From Balanoglossus misakiensis (lineage: Eukaryota; Animalia; Hemichordata), in assembly GCA_040954595.2 (NCBI GenBank), contig CM082596.2, positions 7,204,791 to 7,268,790 on the forward strand: a stretch of DNA of 64,000 nt, in the 5' to 3' direction. A program made the position numbers and the translations under genes. Below the pieces are notes generated by a model. The model made no database searches, had not been told where the DNA came from, and saw only the letters and a program-made list of their open reading frames with translations. Shown piece by piece: positions 1-15,406 of this stretch (its first letter is position 1; the number at the start of each line of letters is the position of its first letter).

Positions 1-886
1 CGTTATATGTTAATATTTCCGATCGACATCACTCTCGGCACTGATTCTCATAGGCTCAATCCACCACGACTACCGCCACTGCAATTAATTAACTGGGCAT
101 TTCCCTTCAAAAAATCATGTCACTAAGAATGGTACAGATTCACCCTACCGTGAAATCGCGACAATTGGAGATCCGCGCGGCATTTAATCTATAACGGTCG
201 CATAGGTAACCGTCGCGCGTTTTCATAGCAGCCACTTTTGACCGCAAAGTGGAATTATCGCGGAAATCTCATCTCGAAACGAAGTCCCCATCGGTTTCCG
301 CCTCTCACAAGTGGGACAATATTCTTATTCATAATTCCATAGCAACTATTGTTGTCTTCGGGCGCCATTTTTGCTTGGTGTTCGTCATACTGTACAATGC
401 GTATAGTGTAATATTCAAGATTTTCCACTCATGTTTGTCGGCAACGTTAAATAGAAGATAGACACCGAAACCCAGGGACAACGGATAATTAAACCACGCA
501 TGCCATAAAAGACATTTCTTTGATGCAGTAGAAGGGTTTGGCTTAGACTTGCTCCAAGTCTATGGGCTTCATTATGTGTAGGGAACGCGTAGGCGACGCT
601 ACCCGAAACCACAAGCTCAGTCCCAAATTCGAAACTCACCTCACTACCAAAAACACGCTCAAGGCAAGCATGCTCGCAAAACGTATTAAAATTATTTATT
701 AAGAAAAAAACAACAACACCGAAAACACAAAAAAGTATTGAGATTTAAAAATCACCAAGCGACTAGTGGGCTTGTCTCGGTTTGGCTCTATATCTAGTTC
801 TTGTACAACATTAATGTGATTGACATTAGTGTTATCAATGTAGGTGGCTTACACGTGTTCATATACTTTTCCCCTTTCAATTTCAG

Positions 887-2174
887 GTATGGTTTCAGAA
901 CAGGAGAGCCAAGTGGCGAAAGAAGGAAAAGAAGTGGGGCAAGAGCAGCGTGATGGCCGAGTACGGCCTCTACGGAGCGATGGTCCGCCACTCACTTCCG
1001 CTTCCGGAGAGCATCCTCAAGACAGACTCGTCCGACGAGGCCGACTCCTGTGCGCCGTGGTTGCTAGGTAACGAAACCACTTCTACTTCTGGCGCATCGA
1101 AGAACGGTGTCACCGTTTTGGTGGCAGAGACTCAAAGTAAATAAAAAAAAGGCAGACGATAGCTGTAACTTTTGGGAGTGTTTTTTTTACAAGTGTGCAA
1201 TTGTTTCATACTTAGTATGTCGTCTGCTCGATGTCGTCTGCTCATCAGCGTGTTAAAGCACCCGGATGGTGTTCGGCTTATCAACACAGCCTAAAACGTG
1301 TGTAGCCAATGCTGGCACTTTGGGGAAGTGAATTTAGGTTCGCACTTAAAATTACTCAATGGCAAAGTCCATCGCACGCATGTAGGATGCCTTGACCAGC
1401 AGAATACCGGGTGTTCCGATATGTTTTAGGAAAGTGTAAAGAAATTGTAGTTGATAGATGAGACATTTAAAAAAAAAACGTTTCAAAAGTTACAGCTATC
1501 ATCAATTCCAATACACAGCTCTTTATGATGATGACTTCGGGTAAAAAATCCGAGAACAAAGTTTTCAAATGAATGACAAACTTGGTATACGTCGGTCGGT
1601 CTGTAAAGCCAGTTTGTTTATGTAGTGTTCGTTCAGATCACCATCGACATACAGTCAAATATGTCTATAGCGGCCAGTCAAGAGACTTTCCTAAACTGGG
1701 CTTTATAGACATGTGGTCTTTAAATTAAAGACAGGTCAGTTAATGCACCTGTCAATTGCACAGGGACTGTGACAGAGTGGCCACTATATAGAGGTGGCCA
1801 CTAACACAGATATGACTGCAATCTGAATATACTTATAGGTTTTGTTTTTTTAATCGACAGGAATGCACAAGAAGTCGCAAGAAGCAGCTGAGAAGATGAG
1901 ACAGCAGGAGGAAGACGGCGACCTGAACGACAACTCCGACGTGGACTCGGAGCGCTCGCACGCGCACAGCATCGACCGCGACCCCGAAGAGCTGCGCTCC
2001 AACAGCATCGCCACGCTGCGCGCCAAGGCGCAGCAGCACAGCGTCAAACTGCTGCAGCAGGACGCAAAGACTGATTTCGAACAACACGGTCATAAAAAGG
2101 GCGGCAGCTGCCCGAGCATCAGAAGCGACTCGAACTGTTACCGAGATCACGAGCGGAGCGAGCTGAAGGATTAA
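887..2174 (+). CDS. VSX2: Visual system homeobox (Vsx/Chx10) gene, last two coding exons (887-1067, 1861-2174); earlier exons lie upstream of the window
   Basis: tttcag|exon 887-1067 reads [45 protein letters not shown]...CAPWLL (homeodomain helix 3 plus CVC domain), donor G|gtaacg. cgacag|exon 1861-2174 continues GMHKKS and contains OAR motif [16 protein letters not shown]; TAA at 2172-2174. Probably the pro-ortholog of VSX1/VSX2. Confidence 0.95.
1650..1820. mobile_element. Tc1/mariner-like MITE; same family as 37767-37931, opposite orientation
   Basis: TA-CAGTCAAAT...ATATGACTG termini; reverse complement of 37767-37931 aligns (tacagtcaaat.tgtctatag.ggccagtc). Confidence 0.7.
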
Positions 2175-5100
2175 TAATAAAAGAAAGCGTGACTCGGTCC
2201 TGATGTATTTGCGTTCAATTTTATATAACGTACCAAATAGACCGTTCCTGTCACAAACTCTGCGGCGGAGCTCCTCCGGGGGCGTCGATCGACGCGACAG
2301 CGGTGCAAGCCGGGAAGACCGCGACCGTCATTGTACACACAACACACAGAGGCAGCCGGTTCAACCCTAATCGACGCAAAAGAGACAGAAGTTTAGTCAC
2401 AATTTAATTTAAAAATTTCATCTCGATTCTCTAGTAAATGGGGTATTGCTGGGCAATACAGCTCAGCCGCGGCGGAGTACTCGAAAACCCAATAAGCGAG
2501 TCAACAGAATTAAACAGAGCCAGCGCAAAGGGGGAAGCCTGCAACGAATTGATTAATGTAGCAGGTCAGGCATTTAGCCGACAGCGTCAAGCTGATCTGC
2601 TGTTTAGTGTTATATCGCTATTTTATTAAACCTTTGTTCGTTTTAATTTCATTTCACCATGGAGTGGAATCACTTTATGCATCCTATTGAAATAATGTCG
2701 AAAAAAAAAACACACCTCATTTCCCCACAGTCTGTATTTTTTCCTTGTCGTTTTCTCATCTTGTATTTTTATTTTCCAAATCTACTTCAAGGAAAATTGA
2801 CAATTACTAGACGAGAATCAGGCGGATGGACGTGAAATAATGGATATCTTTATTGTATATTTTATGATAATTTGTTTTTAAACATCGAAGAAAATGTTTC
2901 TCTATTTACCTTGTCAATGTATAGAGATTATTATGTGTTTAGTTTTTAGGCTCAGCGAAGCCTGGGTTCTGGTTGTTGTTTGACAATGCCAGGTGTGTTC
3001 AAGGCTATAGTAACTTAAAAAGAAATTTCATATAAATGTGACTTATCTCAACTTGTGTGGTAAAATGTGTCATTTTTAAAAATTTATATTAAGTAACTTT
3101 TGCCGTTGCTTGAAGAGTATATGTAAACTTTTTATGTCGATAGTCATTAGTTATTTGCTGTGGGGCTAACTGGCTCGAGAGTCACGTGACCGTACACTTT
3201 GTAACTTTTCATCCTGACCCTTCTCTTATAGTTTCAATCGGGCGAGGTCGTGTTTATTTACGTACACTTGCCTGGAGTGTACGCACGTATTAGCCACTCT
3301 GTCATATACATGTACACAATCAGGCGAGGTTTTGCCTTCAGTAGGGGAACACTATAGCCGTTTCGAAGCATATCCGTTTTCTCATAAAACGCCGATAATC
3401 GCATTCTAATGTTGTTGGATCAAGCCGGGTCACAGCCAACAGACATGCCGTTAATTCTGCGCGCTGTCAATCATAGTTGAAAAGAACGCAAAGTGGGTGA
3501 ACAAAGTTGTATTGGGCGCGCTATTATTTCGCTTGTGCAATCCCTCTCTACTCAAGTATAAGTGTTTAGAACGTCGACAAAGTCAAATCCGATCCGAATA
3601 GCCAGTGCCAATTTCAAAGGGCGCGTCCCGAGGCTTTGGTCTTCGCCACAGTGCAAGTCTGACAACAAGGCAGCTATTAAATCAAGAGTAGGCAATGTAT
3701 TTTGGACGCTTTTATTCAATTGCAACTTGCGTGTTCAATCGGCAAGTTACTTTGATTGTCAGCAGATATTGGATGCGAAAATCGCGGCCGGCCCCGCCTG
3801 TGGCGTTCAATATCTGGACGATTGCACGACGCGAGTTCACTATCCGGCTTACAGCACCTGGTGTAAAATATGACCAATCAGGAAGCACACACAGTTTTCC
3901 TGTCATCACAATTAACTGTAGGAATGTGCATAGCTGTAATACAGAGATTCCCATTGGTCGAGAGCACAGGTGCGCACGTTCACACATTGGCACGGGCCAC
4001 GCCATTCTTGTCGCAACTTCCACGGTGACAACATCGTGTCGGGCGACAAAATCGTCACCCAAAATAAGCCAAGAAGCGTGGCGGAAAAACAACGAAAACG
4101 GTGACTGGTTGTTCCAGGAGTTTGGAGAACTTCTCGTAGAAAATGTGCAAGTCTCTGTGCCGTCGAAAGAAACCGTCGTCCCCTCGAGTTTGCGCGAAGT
4201 CCGATCCATCAAGTTGACACAACAAGTAAGCATACAATCATGATACACCACCCTCTAATTTTACCCATAATATGACGTGAGTGTAGTTTAATACTCCCAT
4301 AACTTTAGTAAGACCTACATAGAACATCACTTATTAGACACTCTCTTGTTCAACGAATTTATTATTTTGGAAGAAAAACTCTTCGTATTTAGCGGTAGAA
4401 CATCTCGGATGGGACCGCGCATTGTGAGGTGGAGAGATGGGGATAATTTGGCGAACAAACAGACAAGCACTGCGCATGTCAAAGGTGCGTTTGTAGTTTA
4501 TTGCCTGCGCAGGGCTAATTGAACTAATTTAAAAGAGTGGATTTTATCAAATCTCAGTAAATGATTCAATTGTTTACATTTCCCTATACAAACTCGCATT
4601 CCATTGAGATAACGAGGTGGCCTGCAATCTTGTAATTTGTGTGCCATAGTCACACACCATAACAGAGACATTGCCTTCAATTCAGGATGCAATAATACGG
4701 AAGAAAAAAATTCGACCCGTCTGCGAATGATATTGATGGCGTTGGCTTGAATCTGTTGGCTGAAGGAGCATCACTTGTACAATTATGACGCTGCCGTTTC
4801 ACCCAAGTTTGACTATAGAGTATCGAAAAACAATCAAAATCCGACACTAAAATAAGCATGTGCCATGAGAAAACGGTGCAGACGCAATCACGTCTGAAGA
4901 TGGCTAATTAGATGACAACTTGTCTGGCGCAAATTGCAGCTAATATTGAAATCCGATTTCAGGAAATTTTCTCGTGTAAGCAGGTTTTTTCTGAGAAGAT
5001 GCAGCGTTTCGAGTTTTCAAGGAAATTCAAACACTGCATAGGCAGGGCGTGACACCGCTCAGCCCTGCCCAGTGAGACAGAGTCTTTTAGAATTTCGACC

Positions 5101-6027
5101 AAAATGTAATTTTCTTCGTCTGTTGGGGAGGGTAGTTGCACTCAGTGTATGGTTAAAGACATAAACACGTCTCCGCACAGCCCCCGGGGCAATCCATGCC
5201 CAAGTCCCTGTTATATTTGTACTGGAATCAACGTCGTTATGACAAAGTGGTCCAGACCCAATTAGAAGGACTAACAATCTAAATATTTGACACAGTGGCA
5301 ATGTGTGTACAATACTCTAATAGTTAAATGGGTTCAACTCACAAAAACTGCCACTCACAGTCACCGATGGGTCCGCTTACCTTATTCCGCGATCGCACCC
5401 TTCGCTCTTTCTCTCTCTAAGAACAGTTTGATTTCGGGGTTCCAATTACCTTCGGTTGTAACAGTCAAGTTTCTGGGGTTTGAGTTTTCGATTGAGTGCC
5501 TATAGATCATCCTTTGTATTGTACTTCTGCTGTATAATTCTCTCTCGTGGCGCTCATTGGTGATTGACAGAAGTGTGAGACATTGCCGACATTAATGCAT
5601 GATGCATAATTGATGTGTGAAAATTTTAAAAAATCATGCGGTTTTTGACAATTGTGAATCACCTGGACCATAAGAGACTCCGCATTCTTGTGTTATATCC
5701 AAACGTATGTTTGTATCGCTTCTTTAGTTTTTGAAAGAAGTATCGATGTTCGCTGCAGATCGACACACTTCAGAATCCGAGAAATCCGAAACGCGGTTCG
5801 CGAGAACATCTTTGAAACACAGCTTCTATAATTTAAATCGTATGACTTTGTATCGTTAATTTCTTTTATGGTGATCTGTATGGAAAAAAATATGATGAAA
5901 ACGAATAAGAGACAAAAATGCGTATGATGGATCGAACAGGTTAAACCATGAGCGTGAACGTAATTTTTAAATATCAATAGCAACATTTGCATGACAAATG
6001 TGTATATCTCGTAGGCTACTGGTAGAT

Positions 6028-6044
6028 TCGCCATTAGTCGCAAA
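6028..6044 (+). promoter_or_regulatory. Putative snRNA proximal sequence element (PSE) of the U1 gene
   Basis: TCGCCATTAGTCGCAAA at about -75 to -59 from U1 +1; loosely resembles a TCACC-type PSE. Inferred mainly from position. Confidence 0.4.
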
Positions 6045-6102
6045 ACCGTAGTAAGATTGTTGAAGTCGTTTGGTAGGGTCCAATTGAAGTGTACTCTCAG
6101 GC

Positions 6103-6270
6103 ATACTTACCTGGCACAGGGGTTTTAACCGTGATCATGACGGCGGTTCCCCCAGAATGAGGCCCGCGCATTGCACTCCGCGGGGGTTGATATGTCTGCG
6201 ATCACCCCAAATGTGGGTGACTCGGGTGCGTAATTTATGGTAGTGGGGGACTGCGTTCGCGCTATCCCCT
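6103..6270 (+). ncRNA. RNU1: U1 spliceosomal snRNA
   Basis: 5' ATACTTACCTG; loop I GATCATGACG; U1A loop ATTGCACTCC; Sm site AATTTATGG; terminal stem GGGGGACTGCGTTCGCGCTATCCCC; 3'-box-like AAAAATAGA at 6285-6293. Confidence 0.97.
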
Positions 6271-7543
6271 CATCTCAGAAATCCAAAAATAGAGGAAGAA
6301 AATCATGACTAATGTCTGTATTGTTTGATTTGTAAGTAAAGCTGTTAGAGCTTTTGCACGGGATAAAAAGTGAACGTCGCATTGCACCACAGGATCACCA
6401 GAAAAAGTGAGACTGCAATGTTTCTGAATGGTAACTTTGGTCGGTCGTTTATTTGGCCGTATGACATATATGATTGCCGTGAGTGTCAGAATTCAGATAT
6501 TAAACAGACAGCGTGATCCTGTCAAGATAAAAAGTAAAAGCGATTAAAAGCGCCCGTCTTGTTTTTCCCTTGTTAACCAGTGTCAATGGACAGCGGTGGT
6601 CTGCCGTTTAACCACGGCCACAACGGGGCGACTCCGAGTCGACAGGCCACGCTGCTTTTGAAGCGTCCGAGGGAACGCGCGCGGAGTGTAGGGCTATCTT
6701 CAGATTACTGTTGCATTCAAGCAACGGCCGCTGATCACAGACATAACAGTAATCCAATATTTGAGGAGACAGGGCTTTTTAAGTGGCGAAACAGCATCTC
6801 GGGCCCGGTGAACCGGTCACAGTGGGCTACCCAGATATCCCGCTACCCAACTATGTCGAAAACATCACGTTAGTCCCCCAGAACAAGACAAGGAACACCG
6901 CTTCCCTCCTTTTCACGTCGACCCACTGCGGCTCAACGCGTGTGGCCCCTTAATTGGACCAATAGTTTTTACTTTGCTACACAGCTTATTAAGGCTAGTT
7001 AGGGACCGGTCATATAAGTGTATAGTGGAGGGCTATTTTCACAAGTGGGCTGACGAGAGGTTGGCCAATTTTCTACATGGTATAAGTCGGACCCGGTTAC
7101 GAAAAGTAATACGTGAATGACTCCACGTGCACTTATATACAAAAATCACAGAATGTAGATGCAGCCTAATAAAATATCGGTGCATAAATTGATTCGATAA
7201 TATTGATAATATTGGTAGTCACAGCAACAATTTCATCAACTCAAATTGTAGCAACATGATGGCACCAGCGATACGACCACTTGCGACCGTCACCACGCGT
7301 GTACGTGGTGTGTCGACGCGTGTCCGCTGTTTGTGTCCGATTTTGACCCTCGCTCGCCCCTCTCATTTCGTCCAGGATTTACGGTTGTCTGTTGGGCATC
7401 TGTTGGCCTGGTGTGTCCTTTGAGGGTTCCGGCCTTATACTTTAAGGACACCGGTGAACAAAACACCAAAGTAACTTGCAACTTGCCGATGCGGCGATGG
7501 CCATGTGCTTCCACTTAACACCACCAGAACTACAAGACAATTA

Positions 7544-7749
7544 GGGACTGGTCAATTTCTTCGGCCAGGGGGGCGGTGGATTCATTTGGGGGGGGGGGGT
7601 CACCTGTTTTGGAAATGGGTGATGGGGGGGGGGGGGGGTTCACCGGGTGGATCACCCACTATTCCATCTTTAATGGAGGAGGGTCAGTCACTTTTTGATA
7701 TCCACAAAATAGAATCCACCGCCCCCGGTCGAAGAAACTGACCGGTCCC
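7544..7749. mobile_element. PIF/Harbinger-like MITE
   Basis: TTA flanks on both sides (7541-7543, 7750-7752); ~38-bp imperfect TIRs GGGACTGGTCAATTTCTTCGGCCAGGGGGGCGGTGGATTC / GAATCCACCGCCCCCGGTCGAAGAAACTGACCGGTCCC. Confidence 0.75.
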
Positions 7750-10700
7750 TTACGTATGGATAAAACGTGTGCGAAATCATCCGTGTGCTGTACCGTAATA
7801 TTGGTTCATCAAGTCACTTGTTTTCTTGTACAGCGAGTGTAGGATTACACCATCCTCCCAAAACACAACAAACACCGGTCACAGAAAACGATACCAGTGC
7901 TCAATTATCCCCGAAACAGTTCAAATCGTGTTACAACAAATATTTTACACATCTCTCATGTTACGATAACACACTTCAGTTAATCACGTCATGTTTTTCA
8001 AGACTATTTGATATTGAATTAACCCCACGTTTGGTTACACAGGTCAATTTTTTGTCCGGGCAGACGAACGCCTCTTCTGTGCAAATTGCAACACAGAGAT
8101 GTTCCCCTGGAAACAGGGCGTGGTTATTTGAAGGTCGGCGAGTTCTGTGTCAAAAATTGCAGATCTTGATTATAGCACTTTTTGATGTTTCAAAATCGAC
8201 TTGATGTCGACTCCGGAGCACGTTCACGTCCGCTGGCGAATCTCACCGTGACGTGGCAGCGGTCGAGTGGATGCGTTACTTAGCTTGAAACAATCCAAGT
8301 AAGAACCCGCAATTCTCCCCCCCCCCCCCCCCCCCACATACTCACACCCACACCCACGAAATATATGGAAGAAGCAGGAACATATATAGAGTAAAGAAGC
8401 TGATGGCTTTGTGGAGTTGTGTTGACCGTCTTAAATCGGACGTTGGCTAGTTAGCCGAGCCGTGTTCATCCAAGACAGATCAACTTTGGTCATTGGGCCC
8501 TCGAGTGTTAAACTGTCCGTCTTTCTGTTGAGCAACGCGGACCACTTCGTCCATGTCCCGGGGGATTCGTAGAACGCCACCTTCAATTTCTGTGACATGT
8601 TAATTTGAGAACCGTTCGATGTCTGCCGTGTATCTTGATAAGGAACGTCTGTTAGCTTGTGGCTAGTCTACGCCTTGCATTTGCAGTGTCAGGTATATAT
8701 GCACGGGAAAATATACTTTAGGTAGTTTACAACTGTCTGGATTTAACTTCACGGGTGAGCGAGCTTTTGCAGCCGTTGTACGCTACCTGCTGAATGTCGT
8801 GGAATTAGTCTTCGGAAAATACTATACTCCCAAAATATTCTATCGCTCGTCGTGGTGTCGGAGAATTTACGCTGTTCAGCGTCACTCGGCGGGGAAGCGT
8901 TCCGCGTCAAAAGGGCGGGGTGCAATAAATACGCTAATTGACGCTATAATGGCTGCCGGAGTCCCGCGCCGCGTAACCATGGTGCTGTGGCCAACTTCAT
9001 AATTCACAAAACGCACACCCACCGCAGTCATAGAGACAAAAAACACAACAGCAGACATACCAGAAGCAACTAAACCCATAGTCAGTGCCTGGGAAACAGT
9101 GGCGTTTTTTTTTCGTAATTATGCCATCGGTTTTAGACAAGAGAGTTGGAGATTCGTGTATTTGCAGAAAACAATATTATATCCCCTGTGCGTAATTTTT
9201 GCCCCGTCCCTTAAATCCGTGCTCCGCCAGAGGCTAGTGCCAATTCCATGTCAACATACCTGGAGGACGTTGCAAGCCTAATAGAGACTTATAGACAATC
9301 CCATCGTAGGGGAAAAAACACGAAATTAGCCTGTTCGTCGTATATAAGTAAAAGTCGCGTGGAGTAGTAGGTTTATTACGTCACGTTGTATAACGACGAG
9401 AAAATACGATTCCTTGTTTCCTTGCAGTTTCTTAAACTAGCCACGCACCTTGCGGCGGGGAGGGGGGGGGGGGTAAATTTTAGCTGACGGGTCACAAATT
9501 CACGCGGCCGGCTCGGGCGCAAATCAGGAGCCACCGAAGCATGAAAGTGTGAGCGACTGGTTGTAATTTGGTAACCAAATCTTCCCGTATTGGGTGTCGT
9601 CTGCAACACAATATCAACGTGTCTCCAGTGTAAGTGGACCCAGGCAGAATGGTCTGTTTTGCGCCACGTCAGTCATCCACGCACCAGGGGAACTTTTAAA
9701 TCCGAGATTCATTGGTACCCCAAGGATGGCAAACAGAAAGGTGCCTATACCCTTGATTTTCTCTCCCCCCCCCCCCAACACACTTTACGACTCGCCCCGC
9801 CCACCTACTTAACTAAATACCGTTAAATTTGCTGGGCGGTCTCGCAGATATTTACGCGAGATAAGAAAACAGTTTGACATTCTTGGTGGCGATGAAGTAG
9901 CCCAGCTAGCTGCCGCGATCGGAACCATACCGGGACGCCAGACGGACGTCAAAAAACGAAAAAAAAACGTGGAAAGTGTCGGACTTAGTCGGTTTAATTG
10001 CAATTTCAGAAGGATACCATATAATGGCCAATTACAGCATTTAGAAAGTAATGACGCCAGAGTACCATACAAATTGGTCCTCGGCCTATTATCTGGTATA
10101 CAAGTATGTAAAAAACACGATATTTTCAACTCCGATGTATTAACGATGACAAGCCGGGATCGCGCAAAAGTTTATACCGATTCTATCTTACCCTGCCCTC
10201 TTCCGATGAGAATTCCCATGACAAGACACGGCACGGGTTTCGTAGAGGGCGCTCCAACATTTGTTGGCTGGCCAAGCCGTACTTATCTGTACACCAGCAT
10301 AGACAATGTTGGGTTCCTCCACTGTCTATGACACAAGCACAGTGTCTTGGTCTTCTTCCAAGGTCATGTTTGAATACCAAGCCGCTGTCTTGCTTGTCGG
10401 CGCGCCTTAGCTGCTGCCATTCAAATGCAAATGCTAGTGACATTAAATGAATTCTGGTCCGGACATTATAAGTGTAGGCCACACACACCCATATAGGTTG
10501 TTTTATACCAGCCAAAATGTAACGTAGTCAATATCTGTGATGAATATTTCAACATGCATTTGGATGCAGATAAAGATGCCGTGGTTGATACACACGACAA
10601 TTTGATGGGCTGATGCAGACCATTGCTGGCCCTTCAATGACATACTGTCAGGCAGTGAAATGATCAGCGCCCCTTGTGGTAGCTGACCAGCATTCTTTCC

Positions 10701-11432
10701 TTCATCCCCTTTGGTTTGTCTACAGTCCCTCTATCACTGTGGTTTGTCATGTACACTATACTTGTCTCTGTGATGTCCTTTTTCAATCTGGAACGCCAGG
10801 GGTGTATGTAAGGGGTGGGGGTTGTTGTCTCAGTGCCAGATGTCCCATTGCTCTTTAAATACCCCCCCCCCCCCTTTTCAATATCTGTCCACAAACTCGG
10901 TATGGCCTGTTAAACTGCACAATCATGAAGTCTCGGTGAAATCCCACATGGTGTCTGAAGTCGTGCTGGCCATGAACCAAACCAAATCCTATCTCTCTTC
11001 CTGCTTTTCTACGTATTCCATTTGTAGGGAAAACATACTCTGCTCAAGGAAACCAAGAAACCATATTTTGTTGTGCGTCAGTCTTATTTTATTTCGCCAC
11101 ACGATAGACTTTTCAGCGGCTGCATTTTTCTGCAGATGCAAAATTGACATTAAATCCTGCTCCATGTCTGTATATACTCATGTAATTAGCTGTAATTTAT
11201 TGGCAGAGACAATTAAAACCCTGTGAGATGCCAGATAGTAAATTGGAAGAATTAATTTGCCACTGTCTTGTGATGTACTTGTCATGTCCTACACAATTTG
11301 GATAAACATTATTCAAAACTCAAGCGATGGATTTGAAAAAATATGGAGTTCATATAAAAACAAGTTGCCACTTGTAAATTGCAGGGAAAACATGATTAGC
11401 TGCTTGTAGAAATACTGAGAGATTTTGTTATG

Positions 11433-14928
<3,496 letters not shown>

Positions 14929-15406
14929 ATTGTTGGTCTGCTGTACAAATTCCGAGGGGTAGAATGGTCGCAAGAAACTTCCGATCGTGGATTTCTTTTG
15001 CTAATTACTGAGCATGAAACAGGCGAAATACAATGTAGTAATCAGTGACTGTGATCGACTCCACGATCAGCTCTATGCACCAAGTGTTTCTGCTGAAATC
15101 TAACACACACACGTTTACCATACCACCTTGTCTGACGACACCGCCATGTAAGAGAGTCAATAACCCATCATTTGATTGGCTGTCGAGGAAGGATTGCCGC
15201 AGCAACAAGTGCTGTAATTGGTCGAGCTCTGGGTTACCCATGATGCTCTGCAATAGAACATGGCGGCGTTCATGAATCTTGAACCTTTGCAACGAGTAAA
15301 CAACAACATTTACAAATACTCCTCTACGCGTGATCGGTCGAGTTTTCTGGACTACTCACACCAGCCGTAGATGTAACTGGCTAGTGGTGTGCTAGATCCA
15401 AAAGTG
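14929..15406. promoter_or_regulatory. Bidirectional promoter shared by WARS1 and WDR25
   Basis: Divergent ATGs ~480 bp apart. Outward-facing YY1-like ATGGCGG motifs (15141-15150 minus, 15257-15267 plus) flank two ATTGG (CCAAT) boxes at ~15175 and ~15217; ETS-like ACTTCCG at ~14977. Confidence 0.75.

Noticed and set aside
6560-6900. GC-rich stretch after U1 as a second structured RNA (RNase P/MRP, telomerase RNA)
   Set aside because: No conserved P4 motifs, telomeric template or Sm site recognised.
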